NCBI GenBank assembly: GCA_965637545.1
Contig: OZ281497.1
Location: 20,770,001 to 20,834,000 of the forward strand
Direction: 5' to 3'
Length of the DNA: 64,000 nt
Origin: Phallusia mammillata
Lineage: Eukaryota
The position numbers were made by a program, and so were the translations under genes. Shown here one piece after another: positions 1 to 9,900 of this stretch. Numbering within the stretch: the first letter of the stretch is position 1; each line of letters begins with the position of its first letter. The notes under the pieces were generated by a model. The model searched no databases. It saw only the letters and a list, made by a program, of their open reading frames with translations, and was not told the DNA's origin.

Positions 1-2051
1 TATTTTCTGGATCCCGATTAATATTAAGCTGATGTCTTCTGATATGCCTCGGTCCAGGATTTGTGTTTTTACATTCACAAATACCAGCTGCACAGGAGGT
101 TACAAGTTTAAATAAAAACTATCACAGGGCGATACGCACATGCCATGCACTGCCTGTTGTTATATTCGGGAACCCCAATAACAATCCACAACTTTAAAGA
201 GCAAACAACAATAAAATTTGCTTGTCACCTAGTGTTTTTAATTTGTCCTCCATTGAAAAACAGTCCACATTTGTGACACGCGAACTTTACGTGGTAAATA
301 ATTTTAATCACGCGACGATGTACGTATGGATGCTCTTTAGTGACGCAATCGCAGACAAAGCAAATAAACTGAATTGTTGATCGAGTCGAATCGGCATTGC
401 GCGCGGACGTCACTAGCTGCTTTGAGCCGAAGATCTACCAAAATTATATACTTTGCTGGGAAGTTCTCTTGGACATTTTTTAAACTTTAAATCCAACCAA
501 TTTGACCACCTTTTGCAACATTGCTAGCAATGGGCTTCCGCCACTAATTGCCACCGTTGATAAGGGTCATTATTTTTTTGGTGGAGAAACGTCGCTTTCC
601 ATACTTTTACCCGCCAAGGCCAGGGAATTTCAAACTTTTTTTTAGCAAACGGACAAAAGAATAACAAGTGAGAAACACATAACAAGACATATCGTAGATC
701 TCAAATTAAAAAGAGTTCCAAGCTAGCCCCAAGATGTAACATTATAGCATGGCAAGGAATGGGTGTAATGCGTTTTCATAAGCGAATTTACGTGCGCTTA
801 GTGGCCGAAAGAACTAACCGCTGGCCATTATTTGGCGTTTTCATTGTAATTTTGTAATGCTTGTTATGGATCAAAATTAATTCTGCGATAATAGGGGTTC
901 TTTAATAAAAACAACCACTAGCATTGCCCAAGCAAGACCACCTTAACAGCATCCAAAGGACATACTGGTAAAATATACCCTTGCAATGATTGCTAGCTGA
1001 ACTATAACTGAAACAATTCTTGTTAACTCGTATGTACAGCCAAAGCATTGATGTCAAAATGCAGTGGTATTGGGGGAAAATATCCTGTAAAAACTGATTA
1101 TTTTAGAAACTGTTGTAAACCACGTTGAACTCCTGGTGCAAAATTTTGTCTGTAATGATATAGTTTAGCGGTTCGTGTTGTTGTTGTGTTTGTTTTGACA
1201 CTCTTGCGTTGTTTGTGTCACAGTGCAACAGCGTCCATACAATTTGCGCTCTAGGGTTCACGGCAGGACGGCTTTCCAGTGTTTTCTTCGCCACCGTTGC
1301 CGTGTTTAGCATATTTCTGAAATGCGATTGATTTTTTCGCTTTTTCTCGGTAACCAATTATTAGCATTGGACAGACCTACACGCTTTTTAAACTAAAAAA
1401 TGCAATATTTCCTTGTACATTGACGCACTGACATTTACACAAGCAGAACTTTGTTTTAACGCATTACCGCCTATAGTCTCTGTTCAGGCAAGATTGGCGC
1501 TAGGTTTATCCTCAATTAATAACTAATTAAATAAAAGTCGAAAATCTATGTAAATTGCGTCTGGATTGCAAAATCCCCAAACGACGTGCATATCTGATGT
1601 TTAAGCCGCGATCCTTGTTTTTTCTATACTGACCTTTGCTCCGTTGAAAGTCGTCATGGCCCGTTACAAATTAATATAATTTGGACGGTCACGCACATCG
1701 TGACAAATGCATAAAACTGAATTCGTGAATTGACTTTTTTACTTACGTTTGTGTTTTTTTACTTACGTTTGTTTTTGTGCAGTCACCGCACATTTATTTG
1801 AAATCTGGGGATTTTGTTTCCACAGATTTACTGAAGTTTGTGTGTAAGCCCATAGGCGCTACAAATGTCGGAACACTTTCTATATCTAAACAGATGTTTG
1901 GCGCGAAATAACTGTAAAAAATAGAAAATTAATTTAACAAACCTTTTTGGGGTATTTCCGAATTAGTTTTCGGAAGTTTTTGGAACATCTATAGTAATTT
2001 TACTGAAACTTTTTTAATTTGCTTTCATCAAACTATTTCAACATTTGTTTC

Positions 2052-2170
2052 CAGTGGTCGGATTAAATTTTTTTTTGTCAGCCGGTTCTATCACAAAAGT
2101 CATATTTTTCAGCCGGTTCTGTTACAAAAGGTCTATCGACAGTTACCAGTAATGCTAACCGGTTCGCTGA
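2052..2170 (+). mobile_element. Possible 5' fragment of a hAT (Tip100-like) element
   Basis: Starts CAGTGGTCGGATT and carries three A(G/A)CCGGTTC subterminal motifs; no right end found. Confidence 0.3.
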
Positions 2171-3578
2171 TCTCATAAAATTTCGCGAGACATGTTTTCT
2201 GGTTCGGATAAACACTCAGTGAATATTCTACGTTCAAGAAACATGCAAGAAAATCTATAGATATGCAAGTTTGCAATTTACTTCTACTTCTCGGTGTAGT
2301 GTGATTTGCATTAATATAAAGTTATGACGCAATGAAAGTGACGTGTCATCAGTATTGTGGATGAGATGTACGACGACTTCCGGCGATTGAGGCAAAATAT
2401 TGCAGCCCCACCATCTATCATCCACTTCCACTTAGTAATTTGAACTACTTGTAAATTATGTAGATGAACATTTTTGATGAATTGTCTCAGTTCTTTCCCA
2501 AGTAATACGTATTTGGTACATACAGTTCTTGTTGCAAACCATTTAAGGTCCTTTTTTAATTTGAGATTTTTGCACTTTTGATTTTAAAAAGTGTCAATAG
2601 TTTCATTTTGTTTGTACCAAGTGGGCACATGTCCAATAGAGATATATTATGGATATAATGCAAAGGTATGACGCGTCTGGTAATTTCATTCTGCACAAGT
2701 TTTATTTACTCTTGTTTAAGACATATAAGAATTAGGCTTTTGCCCGGCGTTTGCGGCAAACGTAGTTGGACGCTGACCAATACTTGTCACTTCCTTGAGC
2801 CGGGCCGAGTTGTTGGACGCAATCTTTGTACAAGTTGACCAGTGCGTCTGTCAAACAGCACTGCCGGGTGGTAAATTTTGCTTTTGATAAGATTTGAAAA
2901 TCCTCAGTCATTGAGAGCAAACTACCTCTTAAATAAAAATTCCCTAGCCTTTTAAACGTGAAATCTGTTACTGCGAAAACCGTGCTCTTTGTCACTGGGT
3001 TGTTATGGTATCAACAACTAGCCACAAGTTCAATAGCCCTGTATAAGGGAAAAAATAACGAGCCGTGATTACATGCCTTAGGTTATTTTGCTTACTGCAT
3101 AGTATATTTCAAGACCAAAATGCACTAAAACGTTGCATCATCAACAAAAGGGCAAGTGACCGTCCCTACAAATGTTATGGGGTTTCTGAAAGAGTAAAAA
3201 CTATACCCAATTGGATCCCATTGTGAACCGACAGGATTCTTTTACGACTTTGCTCATGCGCTTCATATTTCCCATTGTTATGCACTGTTAATTGCATCTA
3301 CGTTTTAATACCTGTGTCAGGTCTGCTAAGCATTCACATTTGGTATAGCATAGCCGACGTCCATATATTCTGTCAGGTGATGGGACCCCACCTCTGCCAA
3401 GACTTTTCTACCCCACCTCTTGCTTTATTTAGGCTTGTCAGGACATCTTAATGCGGTTCCATGCCTCTTTATGTCTTGTGGCTGTCGCAGATTATGAAAC
3501 GTCTCTTAATGTATTGAGCCTATGGTCATGTAAAGCGCTTTGTCGAACGTTCGATTTATAAACTTTCTTCTTTATTTA

Positions 3579-3644
3579 ACCGGCGAGTACAAACAAAACA
3601 TCCGACGTTTTGACGTCTCAAAAACGGGGCGTCTTCATTAGGGT
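3579..3644 (-). repeat. Dispersed repeat copy A, degenerate hammerhead-ribozyme-like motif (Penelope-like element remnant?)
   Basis: Closely similar to 60131-60194; minus strand reads CCCTAATGAAGACG...CGTCAAAACGTCGG. Confidence 0.55.
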
Positions 3645-3767
3645 TTACGAAAGTTTATGAAATATGCCTGTTTGAATGATTAAAATTGTTTGAATGATTA
3701 AAATACTGTATTTTCGTCTCAATGACAGTTTTCGTCTCGGTTTAAAATCTTCATCTTTGTTTTTCAG

Positions 3768-3922
3768 GGTTTTGCAGGAAGATAACGAGCGGTTGGCGAG
3801 AGAGAACGAACTACTGCAGAGAACTATGGAAGAGATGGAGACGAGAATCGAAGCGCAACGACAAACACTGGATACGAGGGACGAATCTGTGCGGAAACTC
3901 CTTGAGATGCTGCAGTGCAAAG
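3768..3922 (+). CDS. ERC1: ERC exon (first in window): VLQEDNERLARENELLQRTMEEMETRIEAQRQTLDTRDESVRKLLEMLQCK
   Basis: ttttcag acceptor (an alternative tttgcag at 3777 is possible) and AAG|GTAAGA donor; matches ERC 'EEMELRIETQKQTLNARDESIKKLLEMLQSKG'. Confidence 0.9.
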
Positions 3923-6900
3923 GTAAGATGAGAGCATCGTTGAATTTAAGATTAATATGCATATTTGTCATGTCTTCTTTCCACATAGTTCCACATATTT
4001 TTACTGTGGGTCTTTCTGCCTGCTGTGTCGGACACTTCTTGTGTCACGTTTTGATGAAAAAGTCCATTTCTATTGATCTTTTGGGTACCGAATATTGACG
4101 CATTGTCAGCAATTCTAGTCTAAAAAGACCATATTTTAAAAGAATAAAACCGTGATATTGAACTGACCCTGCTCAGTAAAAGTAGAAACCGGAATCGCTT
4201 TTTTTGTACAGTTAGATCATGGTCATGGTTATAACGAACCAATAGCATTTGTATGTTGTTTATTCATTTTATGGATTACACGTAATTGACCAATTTTTGG
4301 CCAACTTATAATAAAGAATTACGTAACAACCCATTGTGTCACATGTTCGAGAAATTTCCACATTATCGGCAATAAACGAATTGCCCCATAATTTCAGGCT
4401 CCCAAAGATTATTACGTCACACCACGTGGGTTACGACGTCACGTCAGACGCTAAATCTGTGTCACTTAGATCACGTGATCTTTGTCACGACAATATTGAG
4501 TGTAAAAGAGGCTAAAATGTCTTAAATGCACAAAAATTTTGCTTTCATTTTTTTTCAGACTCCACGTGACATGGCAAAAAAAAATTGGTGGGAGTCGTCA
4601 TCGAAGTATTTAGGCACGTGCGCGAATAATTTACATGTGCTTTTTTACCTGACGTTGCAAAAAAACGTTTCCTGCCTACAAACAAGTTACATATTATGGC
4701 TGTTTTTTTTTCGCCATTTAGTGGACATCAGTGTCCAAACCTCAGACCAACTACATTTTTTGGTGATCTCATGAAAGTCATTTTTGCAAAGTAAGTTGAA
4801 ATTGAAAAAACATTTTTTTTCCTGGTTTTTCAAACCTGCCCAATACAATCAGATAGGGTTGCCGCGTGTGGTCGCTAGAAAATTTTTATAACATTTTGAG
4901 AGTAACAAACATAAACGCCTTGGTAACTTAATGCATGATCACAAGACGTTGTATTGGCGTCAAACCGCGAAACATTATTTGTCATCCAACGACCTACTTA
5001 TTTTGTTGTAATTACATTAACTTCAAGTTTTAAAAATCCTTTTCATATTCATTGCCATCTAGCTACCCGTTGTCGTCTATAGTGCCAAACAAACACACGA
5101 TTAGTGTTACTTCATAAATGGCCTTTATTACGTTAATCGTCAGGTGTATTAAATATATTTTCGGTTCTATTTATAAACTCAAAATCTCATTTCGATTTCC
5201 ACGTAACTGAATCGTAAGTGTCGTGATTTCCTGTTGGTGGACGCGTCACAAATATATTGCGTATTAATAGCCACTAATTAAATCGACCCCCTCCCCCACT
5301 GCTGATGCCCAGAACCGATCTGTGACGCGGAAAACTTTAATTCTTTCTGTATTGCGTAATACGCGTAAGCATTACTCATTTAATTGATCGGATTTTCCAC
5401 TGCTGTTTGAATATCTTCCACAAAATTGTTTAATTTCGAAAAGTGGGTGTGCAACTGACAAAGGGATTTTTGGTGTATTCTTGTGAGTTTCATCAGGTAT
5501 AATGCATCATGTTTGGATTTGGGTGTCTTATAAATGGTCAACTCGTTTACGCCTATGAACACATGCCATTTTGTGTTTTGAATTGTTCTTTTTTGATAGT
5601 CCATAAAATAGGGTTTTCTGCACGCGACCTTTAATCCAGGCTATTTTTTCAGCCCATTCTTGTACATATCAAAGTCACCGAAACAAATACTTTGCAGGTT
5701 TATTCGACTTGCTATTTGCAATTTTAGGACATTCCCGTGTTATTAATGAAAAGGCAATGCTTGTAGAATTGATCATGTACTTGTTATTCTGTCAGCTTAG
5801 CTCATCAGGTCGACCACTGGTTTAAACTTACCTTATTTCACACAGTCACAGTCAGAAAACGTTTGCATCGAAAATATCTTGCCCTTTGCCTCTGCAACAC
5901 CCGGTTTCAAAGAAATTGTAAACAAAAGCTTGCCAAAACTGCCGCTAACTTGTGCCAGGGTTCTTGTGAATGTGGAGGAAATTACGTTTTGACCCTTTCT
6001 GCCTTTGCACCGTTGGCTCGTTCAATGTTGTTCCGGCATCGGAGTTCGAAGTCTGTTGTTGGCTAAAGCTGCTGTGATAACAATTCAATGCATAAGAGAC
6101 ACTTTTAAAATGCAGACCTTTGATCTGATTTAGATTTGACCATAGTATGCTAAACATCATGATGACAGTACTAACAACGTCTTGATAAAATATATAAAAT
6201 ATATTGAAAGATAAAATATATGGCCACCTATACTTAAGCGATGTATGACACCCAAACAGTACTAAGGCGATCTGTTCGTAACAATGCGTTTCAATGCGTA
6301 AAATAATATGTTTCTATATAATTGCGTTTTGCAAATTTTAACCTTTGTATTTGTTTCCCATTTTTAATATATTTCGTTGCATGTTTCCAGGCCTTTCGAA
6401 ATCCGACGATTCGAGTGTTGTGGCATCAGTGGAAATGGACGCACTTCGTGTACAAATTGCCGATTACGAAAGCAGGCTCGCCCACACTGATACGTTGCTG
6501 AGCGAAAAGACACGAGAACTGCAGAAGATGAAAATGGTGAGATTTTCCCAAACCCGTAGTTAGATGTGTAAATAATCTTTCCTTATTAATAAAATCCCCT
6601 TGGAAGTAAAAAAAAGAACTGCGACGGTTCAGTCATTTGGCTTCATCCCGTTCCTACATATTTTTGTTTTTTAGACTCTGATGATGCTTATAATGCATTT
6701 GTTTTGTAAAACCAAAAAAATATAGGGTCTGATTTGGTGTTTTCACTTTCGCGTAATTAGATGCATTTGAATTTGTGGACCACGAATTAATAACATAATT
6801 GGTACACATTAAAAAGAGTGGCATAAAAATATGTAGCAAAAAGCAATTTTAGTGCAAGATTAAAGAACTCTGTGTGATATACAAACGTTATGAAATAAAA

Positions 6901-9900
6901 AACGGTTTTTATTGATTTGATGCTGCCATCTAGCGGTGATTATCACGGCATTTTAATTTTTTGCAGGAAGCAGACGTTTACGATGATTCGGCGTCGAAAA
7001 CTAAAGCAATGCAATCCATCCTTGATATAAAGGTAATTTAGCGTGTTTGTAACACAGACAAAGCCGGTTAATCGCAAGCCGGTTAATTAGGGTATTCGGT
7101 TAATCTGAGTCCCAATTAATCGTTTTCGTTTGTATACAGCGAAATAAACAGTGACAATTTGAATTTGACCGTTGGCATACATGAACATACGAAAACTCCA
7201 CGCCTTTTGGAAAACTACTTCAACTACACTAAACAATGTTTTCTTGCACTATATGACACACATTTCACATAAATGCTATTAAACACAACGTTGTCATAGG
7301 ATACAAAAATCGCGTCGCTGGAACGAATAATCCACGAATTGGAAGACGAGCTGAATCTAGTGAGGAGCGATGGTGCGATGAACAGTGCTGAGAGGCAAGA
7401 GGAAATCAAACAACTGGAAGTTTATAAAAGTCACTCCAACTTTATGAAGACCAAGGTAGGACGAATTTCGACAATTGTTATTGCCCATATTAACAGCGTT
7501 ACTGTTTTAGTTTTGCAGCAATGGCTGTGAAATAAAAATGTTCATAGAGTATTGTTCAAAGTTTTTGTGCGTCTATTTTTGCCAAAAATAATTTGAGGGA
7601 TTCAGATTAAACTTTGGCGACTGGCAGATATAGTCACTGTAGGTGTGCCATCTGTTTTTTTGACTCGACAGCCCTATTGTCACCGCTGGATTTTAAAATT
7701 TGAAACAAAAACGAGAAGTATTGGTTTAAAATGTAAAAGAACGTGAAAATTACAAAAAAACACAAGAAAACCTTGTATTGGCAGATTGAACAACTGAAGT
7801 CGGATCTTCAGAAGAAAGAGACCGAAATGGTTTCATTACAAACACGACTCGACACTTTGAACAACCAACAATCGGACAGCAGACAGCATATTGATGTGCT
7901 AAAGGAATCACTTACAGCTAAGGAGCAAAGGGCAGCTATACTACAATCGGAGGTAATAAATAAAAGAAAAAAACACCTTAAAACGTTCTCTGTTTCGTTA
8001 GCGCTTTGTCAAGATATTCTACTTTAGTTTGCTCACTTTCTGGTTAGTTTGGCAAGAAGTTTCCACTGTCGATTTATTGTTCGTGGATTTTACAGCTGGT
8101 ATTTCCAGGAAAATCCCGCTTTACCCACTTTAACGATCGATCGGTGCCTTTGGGTTTTGATCGGCTTTTTCGACAGAACGGTCGATATTTCAGGAATTAT
8201 AGGTGTTAAGGATATTGTGACAATACACTGAATATTCTAGGGTTTTAGCCTTGGGATGAAGTCATGTGTTGTATTTTAATCAAAGCAGATTTGTCTTGTT
8301 TTCTGTATTCAAGAACAAAATACGATATAGAGCTAAGTTGTAATTTTCCTTATTAGGCGTTAAATTGAATACTTGCCTTAAACTAGTAAATAACTGATAC
8401 TGTATATACTTAATACTACAATTTCAATTAAACGTTATTTGATGTTTAAACGTTATTTGCTGCATATGATTGCTCTCAGTTTTCCTGCGTCATTAACTGT
8501 TTCTTTATAACTCTAATTTATAGTTTATTGCCAGCACGTCGTTAGCTAGCTGCTACTGCCGCCCTTTTAAATTTGATGGGTAGTACGAGCCTAGGCATAC
8601 AATATACATCAGATTACGTTTGGGTAATCGTTTTATTCAACACACTGTGTAAAATAGGCTGTTGCTGCCAGACATAATGTATAACCAAGTATTGCTCATC
8701 CAGCAGTTTTATTGTTTACAATAAAACTGCTGGATGAGCAATACTTGGTTATACACTGTGTAAAATTTGGCGATGGGATAGCAGGTTTAGAAGCCCTTCT
8801 TTAAATTACGCCTTCAGACTTAATTTTGCTGTTCACCAGGTTGATTCTCTCCGCACGCGGCTGGATGAGAAGCAGCAGGTGATTGATCAGAAGCAGGAGC
8901 ATCTTGCTCGCCTCCAGGAGGAGAGGAGCAGTAATGGATCCGAACTCTCCCATCTTCGCGACACTTTGGATGTCAAAGATCGAAAGATTGCAGTCCTCCA
9001 CAAAAAGGTCCAAAAAGTTTCGAAATCGAGTTGTAACTAATTGTGACATTATACTACGGTTCAAGCCAGACCAAACTATACCTTTTTTGAAAATCAAAGA
9101 ACTTCTGTCTAATTAAAAGCGTATAAAGTAACCTCATGCAACATACGTTGTGTTTGTCCTAAACTTTCGCCCATTAATATCTTTTTGCGCTGTGTAGTAT
9201 TTTTCTTTGCAGAAACCTTTATCTAACCCACGTTTTGCAGATTGAGAGCTTAGCGGAAGTGGTTCGAGAAAAAGATCGTCAGATTACCGCCAACAGCGAG
9301 CGAATGAGTGCGTTACAGCAGGACTCGTCCACCAGTGATTCCGCCCTCTCCACCATGGAAGAAGCCTTAACCGAAAAGGTTCGAAATAAATACCAAAAAA
9401 TGCGGTTATAGTTTGCATCTTGTTGGAAAATATAACAGTTTTTTTAAAATTGTCCGTTAGCGCCCTCTTCCGGGTGTTTATAAACTTGGATTGGTTGTAC
9501 ACAATGTGATGATACAATACATATTTGTTCTTCAAATTTATGTTTGAGGGAAAACGCATTTTGTGCCAAATATATAAATTTGGCGGTGGCGTGAAGAAGA
9601 ACACCTAGCTTAAATTGTCGCCCCTTCTCATGTTAAGCTGTGTTTAACAGTTGAAATGAAATAGGCCTTTTTTACCTTTATAGGACAAAGTCATCGAACG
9701 TCTCCGCTCCTCGCAAGAATCCGCGGAGGACAAGTTCCGAGAAGAGGTGGATGATCTGAAAAAAGCCAAAAGAGCGCTTGAGAAGAGACTGGAAGGTTTA
9801 CAAAAGAATCTTGCAGAAAAAGAGGTAACTTTCAAATTAGTATAGCCAGGTAGCAATTGTTTTCCAGAAAGCTTCTGTGCTCATTCTATGCACATTGAGT

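Noticed and set aside
1735-8460. Small 18-20-bp tandem duplications (~1735-1772, ~3669-3703, ~8428-8459)
   Set aside because: Ordinary slippage products with no further structure
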